Shown piece after piece: positions 1-8,480 of a DNA stretch of 32,000 bases. The number at the start of each line of letters is the position of its first letter. Position 1 is the stretch's first letter. The stretch is from a bacterium (GTDB taxonomy: Bacteria; Bacillota; Clostridia; Oscillospirales; Acutalibacteraceae): contig CAVJRM010000021.1 of NCBI GenBank assembly GCA_963652165.1, positions 3,489 through 35,488 on the forward strand, written 5' to 3'. The notes beneath the pieces are model-generated. The model was not told where the DNA came from and made no database searches. It saw only the letters and a program-made list of their open reading frames with translations. Position numbers and translations under genes: made by a program.

Positions 1-173
1 GTTCCGCTTATTGTAAGAGTTTTTGTGTCGCTGTTGTAAGCCCACTGTGCATCTGCACCGCATGAGCCTGAATTGTCTTCAGTGGCAAAAGCTCCCATTG
101 AAAGAGCCAACATACTGAAAACAAGGGCTATGGCCATTAACAGCGGAATTAACTTTTTAATTGATTTTTTCAT
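1..173 (-). CDS. Secreted protein, N-terminal part only; the ORF continues past the left window edge
   Basis: The reverse strand reads ATG (171-173) then MKKSIKKLIPLLMAIALVFSMLALSMGAFATEDNSGSCGADAQWAYNSDTKTLTISG. A GGAGA Shine-Dalgarno lies 7 nt upstream. The signal peptide is clear. The 'tkTLTISG' start resembles BspA-type leucine-rich-repeat surface proteins, a weak resemblance. Confidence 0.6.
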   Translation of the reverse strand, partial: MKKSIKKLIPLLMAIALVFSMLALSMGAFATEDNSGSCGADAQWAYNSDTKTLTISG

Positions 174-214
174 AGTTCTGTCTCCTATATAATCTGTAAA
201 GCTTCTGCTGTTTA

Positions 215-1228
215 TTATAACCACTTAGTGAATGGGGCTGTAACGATGGTATCTATGAAAGAATACCAAACATTTCTAACGTTTGCTCTGAACTGGATAA
301 ACTTTGAAACGGAAAGAAACTCTGTGATAGGCTCTGCCCAATATCCGAGATCCACAAGAAAAACATAAAGTTTTGCCTTTGTGCCGTTTGATGTTTCGCC
401 GCTTGTTTTGAAATCCGTAAGTGTATTTACGTATTTATTGTCGCCTTTGATTGTATCATCGTAAACATCAGTATATGTAAGATACTGCTGGGGAAGGTCT
501 ACGCCGTCACCGTAATACTTTGCTGTGTCACCGAAAACATCTTTTGCATACTCGGTGAAATCGTAATCTTTGAAAACTTTGTAATAACTGCTGTCTTCAT
601 CTATGCCGATAAATCTGTAGAATTTCATTGATTCATCTGTAGGTGCGGGGAATTTATAACCGCAATGTGCGCAGTAACCTTTATTTGCACTATAGATATC
701 ATAGAAGGTTTTGCCGCCTGTTGCGCCATGGCACTTGGGGCATTTTACAGCATAGTAAACGCTGATGATAATACCGTCATAAATTGCGGATTGGCCGCTC
801 TCGCCGCCCTCTTTAACAGAGTATGTGGTTTTAGTTACTTTTTGCTCACCGGTAATTTCATCTATAACGGGGGTACCGTCTTCATTGGTTTGAGGGGTTT
901 CAATTACGGTAGTAGGCACTTTATTAAGTGCATAAACCTTTTTGGTAACTACCTGGAACATTGCCGATGCTTGTTGACCAAGATAAACCTTGGGGTTTCC
1001 GTCTTCATCTTTTTCAATTTCGGTAGTGGTTGAACCGTCTGTGTTAATTGTGGTTATTGCTTTATTGACAATATTGCCGTTAGCATAATCGGTTTCAGTC
1101 ACTAAAAGAGAAGAGTCCATTGAATATACATAATCCGCTTCGCTGCCTGCACCCTCTGCAAAAGCTACGCTTGCAAAAGACATAGCAAGAAGAAGAGCCA
1201 TTATGACGGCTGTAATCTTTTTCATCAT
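215..1228 (-). CDS. Secreted hypothetical protein with a Cys4 (CPKC...CAHC) zinc-ribbon-like motif
   Basis: 337-aa ORF with an AAGAGG SD upstream. N-terminal signal peptide MMKKITAVIMALLLAMSFASVAFA. Internal KCPKCHG...YCAHCGYKF motif. I recognise no family. Confidence 0.75.
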   Translation of the reverse strand: MMKKITAVIMALLLAMSFASVAFAEGAGSEADYVYSMDSSLLVTETDYANGNIVNKAITTINTDGSTTTEIEKDEDGNPKVYLGQQASAMFQVVTKKVYALNKVPTTVIETPQTNEDGTPVIDEITGEQKVTKTTYSVKEGGESGQSAIYDGIIISVYYAVKCPKCHGATGGKTFYDIYSANKGYCAHCGYKFPAPTDESMKFYRFIGIDEDSSYYKVFKDYDFTEYAKDVFGDTAKYYGDGVDLPQQYLTYTDVYDDTIKGDNKYVNTLTDFKTSGETSNGTKAKLYVFLVDLGYWAEPITEFLSVSKFIQFRANVRNVWYSFIDTIVTAPFTKWL

Positions 1229-1324
1229 AATAAAGACCTCTTTCGCTTAATACTTTTAATCCTACTTATATAAATATGTTTTATATACATAATATATTTC
1301 CTATTTGTGGGAGGAGTTCCCTAT

Positions 1325-1352
1325 GCAGCCGCCCTTTCGCCCGAGCGGCTGC
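1325..1352 (-). terminator. Stem-loop downstream of the ferredoxin gene
   Basis: GCAGCCGC (1325-1332) and GCGGCTGC (1345-1352) form a perfect 8-bp GC-rich stem with a 12-nt loop, 14 nt past the ferredoxin stop. There is no clear U-tract. Confidence 0.4.
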
Positions 1353-1365
1353 ATTTAAGCTGACA

Positions 1366-1536
1366 TTATTCAGCTGCGGGAGCACCTACAGGGCAGTTAT
1401 CTGCGCAAGCACCGCACTCAATGCAAGTGTCTGCATCAATAACGTATTTGCCGTCACCCTCTGAAATAGCTTCAACAGGGCACTCTGCTGCGCATGCGCC
1501 GCAGGAAATGCAATCATCACTGATTTTGTATGCCAT
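1366..1536 (-). CDS. 2x[4Fe-4S] clostridial-type ferredoxin, 56 aa
   Basis: My own translation of the reverse strand gives MAYKISDDCISCGACAAECPVEAISEGDGKYVIDADTCIECGACADNCPVGAPAAE*. It has two CxxCxxCxxxCP motifs and a GGAGGA SD 8 nt upstream. It is below the ORF-track size cutoff; the listed +strand ORF 1276..1464 is its antisense shadow. Confidence 0.9.
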   Translation of the reverse strand: MAYKISDDCISCGACAAECPVEAISEGDGKYVIDADTCIECGACADNCPVGAPAAE

Positions 1537-1590
1537 AATTATTTCCTCCTATATATTTGCATCATAAATGATGTATTTGGAAAACTAAGC

Positions 1591-4500
1591 TTAGCCTAAA
1601 AGGAGTTTCTTAATGAGAGGCCAAAGTGTACCGAAGAGGAAGGTTGTGGGCTGAACCATATTTAATCTCATTCTTTCAATAGTCTTTGCCTTAAGATAAT
1701 ATCCGTTACCTTCTTCTTTTACAAGCTTAAGGAAAATGCAGTAATAAGTTTCAGGATCTTCTACAAGCACGTTTTCGCCCTTGTTGCAGGGGTAACCGTT
1801 TACATTCCAGTAGTGACGGGAGTAATCCTTGCCCATAGCAAAGGAAATGTTGCCCTGATCGTCATAAACTCTGAATAAGAAATCGGAGTCTGCAATCCAT
1901 TGAACCTGAAGAATTACTGTTGTGTAAAGGTGCTGAGCACCGGTTTCGTTTTGATCGTTGAAGCCTTCCTTCCACTCGGATTTATCGGGAAGGTCTGCGA
2001 TGGATGAATATACGCCGTCAACATAGTAAACCTTAAAGCCGTTAAACTCACAGTTACGATAAGGTCTTGCCTCTTCCTTGCTCTTTGAATCGGACATAAT
2101 GGGGCTGGAGTAATCATAAACGATGTTTCCGTCTTCGTCCGTCTTAGGCTCCTGTTTAATTGTATCTCCCTCATATACCGGGTTGCCTTCTTCATCAACA
2201 ACGTCTACATATACAGGATTATACTTTTTATTGCCTTTTTCATCGGTTTCTTGCTTCTGATCGGGTACGCTGGAAATTTTGAAGCCCTCATCTATAAGAT
2301 ATTCATTTGCAAAAGGTCTTTCTGTGCCGGAATCTGCCGTGTATGATGGGTCATAAATTACGGTGCCATAATCAAGTTTTTTACTAATACCCGGTTCCTT
2401 GTCCTTATTAGGCTCACCGTTTTCGTCATAAGCATTGTTATAATCAACCATTACATAACGGCCGTCAACGGTATACTTAATATAAAGGTCAATGCTGTTA
2501 TTTTCGTTTGCCGCATCTTGGGCTTTAATATTGTCCCAAGCAGATCCGCCGGGCTCTTTTGTGAGGCTGGTTCCGGGTACAGAGCCATAAGGATGGTCGT
2601 CTTTAATTTTTTGATCAAGAGTGGAGCCGCTGCCTATAAGCGCATCATAGGTGATATCATCACCTGTTGAAAATGTCTTTGTAATGGCATGAACCCATTC
2701 ACTATTTGCATTTTGATAATATATATTGAATGTATAGTCCGAACCAACCCATTCAGCGTCAAATGAAATATATTTGTTGGGATAATTGTCTTCGACTGTT
2801 GCTGTTTTTACAAGAGCTTCATCGATTACAAGCTTGGGGTCATCATCATTCTTAAAGTCAATGGTGCCGCTGCCTGTGTTATAAGTAATAGCAGTAAGGC
2901 TGTAGCCCGCTTTACCTACGGCTGCGCCGTCATTATAAAGATCGGTAAGAGCTATCTTATTTTCTTCATACAGTTCATCTTTACCCTCTGCATATTTTCG
3001 GTGAACGATTTTCTGGGTTGCAAGCTCTGAAAACGCACTTAAATCAATCTCATCACCATAGTAGTAGGGCTTGCCTGTTGCATAAATATTACCGTCAACC
3101 TTTATGCCTATGTGATAAACGGTTTTTTGAGGTGTAATATAGCAAACATAGGATGCGCAATTCTTTATTGCATTTCCGTTTTCATCTTTAACTCTGCTGA
3201 ATTCTATGATGTTTTTTCCTGCCGATACGTTTGAAAGTGAATTACCTTTTTCATCTGTATAAGCAAGATGATATATATTTGTATCATAGGTAACAGTCGG
3301 TGCTGTGAACGTTGCAATAGCTTTAGATTCATTGTTAATTGAAGTAACTTCAACCTTGCTTAATGACTCATTCCAAATAAATGCGGTGTACTGTGAGGCT
3401 TTCTTGTAGCCTGCATCCTTCTGACCTATCGCCAAATAATATACGGATTTTGTTTGACTTTCCTTATATTGTACATTACCTTCATCGTCAATTGTGGGGA
3501 TTTTTATTTCATAATCATACTGTACGGCCGTGTTAATGTAAATAACATCCGCAGTTTTGCCAAACACATAATTACCGATTGTATCCTGGGTTACAGTATC
3601 ATTATACGTTGTACCTACGCTGAATGCGGCATATTGCGGCTCTGATTCGCTAAGCTTTTTGCTTACTTCAATTTTGCTACTGTCTTTGGCTGTTTCTTCA
3701 TCTGTTACTTCATTTTTGATACAAATTTGAATGTCTGTGCCGTAAGCTGCAGCTCCTGTTCCCGCATTGAGGGCATCATAGTTTTTATTGATCTCTTTTT
3801 GAATTGCTATAAGATCCTTATTTGTAAGTTTGCTGCCGTAGCTGACATCATAATAGAATAAAGTGGACCATTCTTGTTCCTCATAACCCGGTCCAATACT
3901 CTCATCTTTAAATTCAACTGTGTTGCCAATAGGCAAATACTTAACGGGAATACCGGATTTTACAATGAATGTCTGGTTGCTTTCCGTTGAATTGAATGTG
4001 CCGTTAAACTCTTCGAGCTCAGAGTTAACCCAGCCAAGGAAGCTTCCGCCGCTAAGGGTAATGGAATTAAGCTCCTCACTTGTGAGGCCCGTAATGGGCA
4101 CCGTCATGGTAATGGTATGGTTATCCGCAGAATAAACGGCATTATATTTTGTTTTTAGGGCATCGGGAAGGTTTGTGCACTCATAATAAACCTCACCCTG
4201 AGAATTTTTAAGCGAAAGAGTAACATTTACCTTTTGAGACTTCTTAACTGCATAAAGAGTCATCTCTTCCGTTACGGTGGTGTTGGCAAGATCAATGATG
4301 TTATGGTTTTTATCTTCCCAGCCGTAGAGGTTTTCTATATTTTTTTCTGTGGGGATTGTACCGGTTGCAGCGTTTTCCTGTGTAATTGCAGCACCGCCAT
4401 TGATGCTTGCTTTGAATGTTTGCGCGCCGTCAACAAAGGTTACCTCTATGGGAGGAAGTGAAAAATCGCAGTTACAGTCATTGATGAAATATGTCGGCTT

Positions 4501-5574
4501 GACCTGTCCTCCGCTTTCGATCGCATCAGCCGGTTTACTAACGTGGCTTTTGTTCGTTTCGCTGATACGGTTCAGGAAGATACCGTTACTGTAAACGCCA
4601 TCAGTGGCTTCATTGGCAATGTTAAAATAGTATGATGGGAAAACGATAGAGCCTTTGCCTTCGGTCGGATTCTCTTTTACAGTTACCTTGAAGGTAGTAA
4701 GAGGCTCGCCGGTTTTCATCTTATCTGTTGTCCATGTGTTTGTATTTTTTAAAGCACTGACCCTTTTTAATGGAAAGCACACGACACGCCAATCTTTAAC
4801 ATCTTCTATATCGTAATGATCGGCAACATAGCTCGGAAGTCCATCGCCGTTGTCCTTTATGCCGTCTCCTGTTGCGGCATCAGTCAGGTGGAAATATGGG
4901 TAACTTGAACCGACATAAGCAATATATGGGGCATAATAGTAGTCGCTAATTTTATTTTTGCCATTAGGACTATACTCAGTTTCACTTGAGAATTTATTGT
5001 CTGCAAAGACGGGACTACTGCTGGAACCGACAGTATAAACATAATCTGTGCCGATGAAATTGTTGGTAAAAAAGGCTTTTACATCGCCAAAATCAAAGCC
5101 TGTACTAGCTGTAGCAGAACTATCAATAGTCTCAAAGTCAAAAAAGTTACCGTCAAACGCAAAAGCGACGTCGGTTATCTTGCAGTTATACGTGTAGTTG
5201 GTCATATAGTAAACTTCGATATAAAGATCTGTACCTTTTTCAAGTTTGCCTACCTTGCTTTTATCGATGTAATTTTTAGTGGAGCTATCTGCACCGAGAG
5301 TATAGTACCTTGCACCATAGTAGACAAATGAGTTTGTGGCAGTTTCACTACCACCCGTAGCTAAACAAAGCTCCTCATAAGTGGGGATTTCGTCTTCATA
5401 CCCGGCTTCACTTGAGTGAGTCAAATCATTGACCCCTTTTGCGAGACTCACTGTCTCTTTACCGTATGTAAGAGAACCGTCTGCACTTGCGCTTAAGCCG
5501 AGGCCCACTGCCATGGTGCTGATAAGCATTGCCATGCAAAGAACTAAGCTAAGCATTTTCTTTGAAATTTTCAT
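1591..5574 (-). CDS. Very large secreted or cell-surface protein (1327 aa), family not recognised
   Basis: Long uninterrupted ORF with an AGGAGG SD 7 nt upstream. Signal peptide MKISKKMLSLVLCMAMLISTMAVGLGLSASA. The composition is rich in Y, N, D, T and G, typical of beta-rich adhesin-like proteins. There is no LPXTG-type motif. Confidence 0.85.
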   Translation of the reverse strand: MKISKKMLSLVLCMAMLISTMAVGLGLSASADGSLTYGKETVSLAKGVNDLTHSSEAGYEDEIPTYEELCLATGGSETATNSFVYYGARYYTLGADSSTKNYIDKSKVGKLEKGTDLYIEVYYMTNYTYNCKITDVAFAFDGNFFDFETIDSSATASTGFDFGDVKAFFTNNFIGTDYVYTVGSSSSPVFADNKFSSETEYSPNGKNKISDYYYAPYIAYVGSSYPYFHLTDAATGDGIKDNGDGLPSYVADHYDIEDVKDWRVVCFPLKRVSALKNTNTWTTDKMKTGEPLTTFKVTVKENPTEGKGSIVFPSYYFNIANEATDGVYSNGIFLNRISETNKSHVSKPADAIESGGQVKPTYFINDCNCDFSLPPIEVTFVDGAQTFKASINGGAAITQENAATGTIPTEKNIENLYGWEDKNHNIIDLANTTVTEEMTLYAVKKSQKVNVTLSLKNSQGEVYYECTNLPDALKTKYNAVYSADNHTITMTVPITGLTSEELNSITLSGGSFLGWVNSELEEFNGTFNSTESNQTFIVKSGIPVKYLPIGNTVEFKDESIGPGYEEQEWSTLFYYDVSYGSKLTNKDLIAIQKEINKNYDALNAGTGAAAYGTDIQICIKNEVTDEETAKDSSKIEVSKKLSESEPQYAAFSVGTTYNDTVTQDTIGNYVFGKTADVIYINTAVQYDYEIKIPTIDDEGNVQYKESQTKSVYYLAIGQKDAGYKKASQYTAFIWNESLSKVEVTSINNESKAIATFTAPTVTYDTNIYHLAYTDEKGNSLSNVSAGKNIIEFSRVKDENGNAIKNCASYVCYITPQKTVYHIGIKVDGNIYATGKPYYYGDEIDLSAFSELATQKIVHRKYAEGKDELYEENKIALTDLYNDGAAVGKAGYSLTAITYNTGSGTIDFKNDDDPKLVIDEALVKTATVEDNYPNKYISFDAEWVGSDYTFNIYYQNANSEWVHAITKTFSTGDDITYDALIGSGSTLDQKIKDDHPYGSVPGTSLTKEPGGSAWDNIKAQDAANENNSIDLYIKYTVDGRYVMVDYNNAYDENGEPNKDKEPGISKKLDYGTVIYDPSYTADSGTERPFANEYLIDEGFKISSVPDQKQETDEKGNKKYNPVYVDVVDEEGNPVYEGDTIKQEPKTDEDGNIVYDYSSPIMSDSKSKEEARPYRNCEFNGFKVYYVDGVYSSIADLPDKSEWKEGFNDQNETGAQHLYTTVILQVQWIADSDFLFRVYDDQGNISFAMGKDYSRHYWNVNGYPCNKGENVLVEDPETYYCIFLKLVKEEGNGYYLKAKTIERMRLNMVQPTTFLFGTLWPLIKKLLLG

Positions 5575-5654
5575 TCTGTTTCCTCCTTAAAAGAGAATTG
5601 CATTTTTTGAGCCTGAACTCAGAGCCACCAAAATTCAGACATTTTTACCTCTGC

Positions 5655-5683
5655 ATTATACAATAAAGAATTTTTTAAATCAA
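5655..5683 (-). promoter_or_regulatory. Sigma-A-type promoter for the 1327-aa gene
   Basis: The reverse strand reads TTGATT, a 17-nt spacer, then TATAAT (-10 at 5655-5660, -35 at 5678-5683), about 80 nt upstream of the ATG. Confidence 0.5.
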
Positions 5684-5868
5684 CTGTTTTTATTGTAAGC
5701 AAAGAAAAAACCGCAAAGTTTAGCAACCTTGCACAAATTTAAAGATTTTGATTTGTTCACTTTTACTCGCAAAAGAGTGAATAACTTTTGCGAAAATTTT
5801 TGGAATTCTTTGAAATTTGCTTCTCAAATGAGAAATTTTGTATGGTTAGGAGTATGTGGCCATAGCCC

Positions 5869-5924
5869 AAATGTGGAATGTGAAATGAAATGTCCCGTAG
5901 GGACACTATTCCACATTCCACATT
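5869..5924. repeat. Intergenic mosaic repeat, copy A (short form)
   Basis: AATGTGGAATGTG (5870-5882) and CACATTCCACATT (5912-5924) are a perfect 13-bp inverted repeat. They enclose the hairpin GTCCC-GTA-GGGAC (5892-5904). The same modules occur in copies B, D and E. Confidence 0.7.
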
Positions 5925-5925
5925 G

Positions 5926-5951
5926 AAAAAGCTCCCCGAAGGGAGCTTTTT
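5926..5951 (-). terminator. Bidirectional rho-independent terminator ending the infC-rpmI-rplT operon
   Basis: AAAAAGCTCCC-CGAA-GGGAGCTTTTT lies 14 nt past the rplT stop. The 26-nt sequence is identical to 11359-11384. Confidence 0.8.
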
Positions 5952-5964
5952 GACGCATTTTCTA

Positions 5965-6321
5965 TTAGTTAAGAGCTGCCTTAGCCTTCTCTGTAAGAGC
6001 GGTGAAAGCTGCGGGATCTGAAATAGCGATTTCAGAGAGCATCTTTCTGTTAAGGTCAATGTTCGCCTTCTTAAGGCCGTTCATAAATGTAGAGTAGTTC
6101 ATGCCGTTCATCTTGCAAGCAGCTGAAATTCTGGTGATCCAGATCTTTCTGAAATCTCTCTTCTTCTGCTTTCTGCCGATGTAAGCATAGTTACCGCTCT
6201 TCATAACAGCCTGCTTAGCAGTCTTGAAAAGAGCATGCTTTGAGCCATAATAGCCCTTAGCGAGTTTAAGAACTTTATTTCTTCTCTTGCGAGTCATTGT
6301 AGCGCCTTTAATACGTGCCAT
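5965..6321 (-). CDS. rplT: 50S ribosomal protein L20
   Basis: 118 aa starting [39 protein letters not shown], the canonical L20 sequence, in operon order after rpmI. Confidence 0.97.
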   Translation of the reverse strand: MARIKGATMTRKRRNKVLKLAKGYYGSKHALFKTAKQAVMKSGNYAYIGRKQKKRDFRKIWITRISAACKMNGMNYSTFMNGLKKANIDLNRKMLSEIAISDPAAFTALTEKAKAALN

Positions 6322-6359
6322 AATATGTTTCCTCCGATATTCGTTTTAGGTTTTAGATA

Positions 6360-6557
6360 TTATTTATAAGGTACAAGTCTCTTGATTTGCTTAACGTTTG
6401 TGGTGTCAGCAACAGTAACCTTGCGAAGATTTCTCTTGCGCTTTGTGGATTTCTTGTTAAGAATGTGTGACTTGTATGCATGTGCACGCATGGGCTTGCC
6501 ACCCTTTGAAATCTTGAAACGCTTTTTTGCGCCGCTGTGTGTCTTAATTTTAGGCAT
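6360..6557 (-). CDS. rpmI: 50S ribosomal protein L35
   Basis: 65 aa starting [21 protein letters not shown], the canonical L35 sequence, between infC and rplT. Confidence 0.97.
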   Translation of the reverse strand: MPKIKTHSGAKKRFKISKGGKPMRAHAYKSHILNKKSTKRKRNLRKVTVADTTNVKQIKRLVPYK

Positions 6558-6580
6558 TTGTATGTCCTCCTTAATATTAA

Positions 6581-7102
6581 TTACTTTGAGCTCTTGGGAG
6601 CCATAAACATCAGCATCTGTCTGCCCTCAAGTTTGGCGGCCTTTTCAATAACGGCAACCTCTTCAAGAGCTTCGGCAGCTTTTTCCATAATATTGAGACC
6701 AATTTCAGGGTGAGCCATTTCACGGCCTCTGAACCTGATTGAAACTTTAAGCTTGTTGCCGGCTGCAATAAACTTCTTTGCATGGTTAATTTTGGTTTCA
6801 AAATCGTGTGTATCAATGTTGAGAGAAAGGCGAATTTCTTTGGTTTCAATAATCTTTTGATTCTTTTTTGCTTCTTTCTCTTTTTTGGCCTTTTCAAATC
6901 TGAATTTGCCATAATCCATAACTTTGCAAACAGGCGGTTTTGCCATAGGCGCAATTTTAACAAGGTCAAGGTTTCTTTGCTCTGCAATTTTAAGAGCTTC
7001 CTCAGCGGACATAATGCCCAGCTGCTCGCCGTCTGCAGAAATAACTCTTACCTCTTTGTCACGGATTTCTTCATTGATTTGCTGTTCTTGCTGCTTACTG
7101 AT
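6581..7102 (-). CDS. infC: Translation initiation factor IF-3; start placed at a non-canonical AUC codon
   Basis: [32 protein letters not shown]...[16 protein letters not shown]...[10 protein letters not shown] is an unmistakable IF-3. An ATC at 7100-7102 lies 6 nt after a GGGGGTG SD and gives 173 aa. The TTG or ATG further upstream in the ORF track lie inside the attenuator U-tract and lack an SD. The alternative start is GTG at 7109-7111. Confidence 0.88.
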   Translation of the reverse strand: MSKQQEQQINEEIRDKEVRVISADGEQLGIMSAEEALKIAEQRNLDLVKIAPMAKPPVCKVMDYGKFRFEKAKKEKEAKKNQKIIETKEIRLSLNIDTHDFETKINHAKKFIAAGNKLKVSIRFRGREMAHPEIGLNIMEKAAEALEEVAVIEKAAKLEGRQMLMFMAPKSSK

Positions 7103-7133
7103 ATTAAGCACCCCCATATGAGTAATTTTTATC

Positions 7134-7262
7134 AAAAAAGCGAGGCAGAGAACTCTCTACCTCGCAAATAATCAACGCAAAGCGACCTAAATCGCTAAAA
7201 TGCTATTGACCGACTCAAGCGTTGCTTGGAAGGTGAGAGTAAACTTACTCTTCTTTAATGTG
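7134..7262 (-). promoter_or_regulatory. infC 5' leader with a terminator-type attenuator (L20-leader-like)
   Basis: On the reverse strand, GCGAGGTAGAGAGTTCTCTGCCTCGC (7140-7165) is followed by TTTTTT (7134-7139), just upstream of infC and downstream of a promoter. In Firmicutes the infC-rpmI-rplT operon is controlled by an L20-binding leader that acts by transcription attenuation. Confidence 0.5.
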
Positions 7263-7267
7263 CGAAT

Positions 7268-7296
7268 ATTTTAATACATAAAACTTCATTTGTCAA
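7268..7296 (-). promoter_or_regulatory. Sigma-A-type promoter of the infC operon
   Basis: The reverse strand reads TTGACA (7291-7296), a 17-nt spacer, then TAAAAT (7268-7273). Confidence 0.55.
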
Positions 7297-7302
7297 GAAC
7301 TT

Positions 7303-7331
7303 TTTAAAAAAATAACCACCCTATTGGGTGG
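7303..7331 (-). terminator. Rho-independent terminator of the 5S rRNA gene
   Basis: On the reverse strand, CCACCC-AATA-GGGTGG (7316-7331) is followed by TTATTTTTT. Confidence 0.7.
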
Positions 7332-7341
7332 CTACTTTAAT

Positions 7342-7462
<121 letters not shown>

Positions 7463-7497
7463 AGAGAACGCAACGGCGTTTTCTTGAATGCTTGTCT

Positions 7498-7526
7498 ATT
7501 ATAGTACGCAAAAACGCCTTTGTCAA
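7498..7526 (-). promoter_or_regulatory. Consensus sigma-A promoter driving the 5S rRNA gene
   Basis: The reverse strand reads TTGACA (7521-7526), exactly 17 nt, then TATAAT (7498-7503), about 35 nt upstream of the mature 5S 5' end. Confidence 0.7.
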
Positions 7527-7547
7527 GCATTATTTTCAAATTTTTTG

Positions 7548-8196
<649 letters not shown>

Positions 8197-8480
8197 TAAA
8201 AAGCTAAAAAATTAAATATTAAAATTCTATGAATTGACATTTAAAGCACAAATTCAATTTTAACTTTTCAAATTTTTCAACCTTGAATTTCATACTTTAT
8301 TCACAAAATGTTTTCGGCTTTTTAAGCTCATTGATTTATCAATGATGTGTTCGGGGTTTGGGGATAAATCTCCCCAACAAGCTGCATTGTGTGAACATAT
8401 GCCTTGCTTGCTGAGTATTATGATAAGGTGAATTTCAAATTTGCAGCGTTGTTATCTCTTGCAAACTCTGTTTCACCACT

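Noticed and set aside
1276-1464. Plus-strand 62-aa ORF from the ORF track.
   Set aside because: It is the antisense shadow of the clearly real ferredoxin gene on the minus strand (1366-1536). It has no SD, and its Cys/Ala/Ser-rich composition is an artefact.
1591-1680. The C-terminal ...VQPTTFLFGTLWPLIKKLLLG of the 1327-aa protein as a possible sorting signal for the nearby class B sortases.
   Set aside because: The hydrophobic stretch is too short, about 10 residues. There is no LPXTG-, NPxTN- or PPxTG-like motif. The 337-aa protein tail shows no similarity, so I cannot support it as a substrate signal.
5729-6059. ORFs 5729..5926(+) and 5763..6059(-) from the ORF track.
   Set aside because: They run through the repeat hairpins and the rplT terminator, and the minus one overlaps the rplT 3' end. 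The peptides ending ...HIPH come from translating CCACATT heptads. Neither has an SD.
8329-8344. The perfect palindrome CATTGAT-TT-ATCAATG, and the nearby TTGGGGA/TCCCCAA hairpin (about 8357-8376), as a possible operator, att or terminator in the 8197-8480 gap.
   Set aside because: These are short motifs in a very AT-rich spacer, with no partner repeat elsewhere in the window and no adjacent U-tract. The evidence is insufficient for any specific function.
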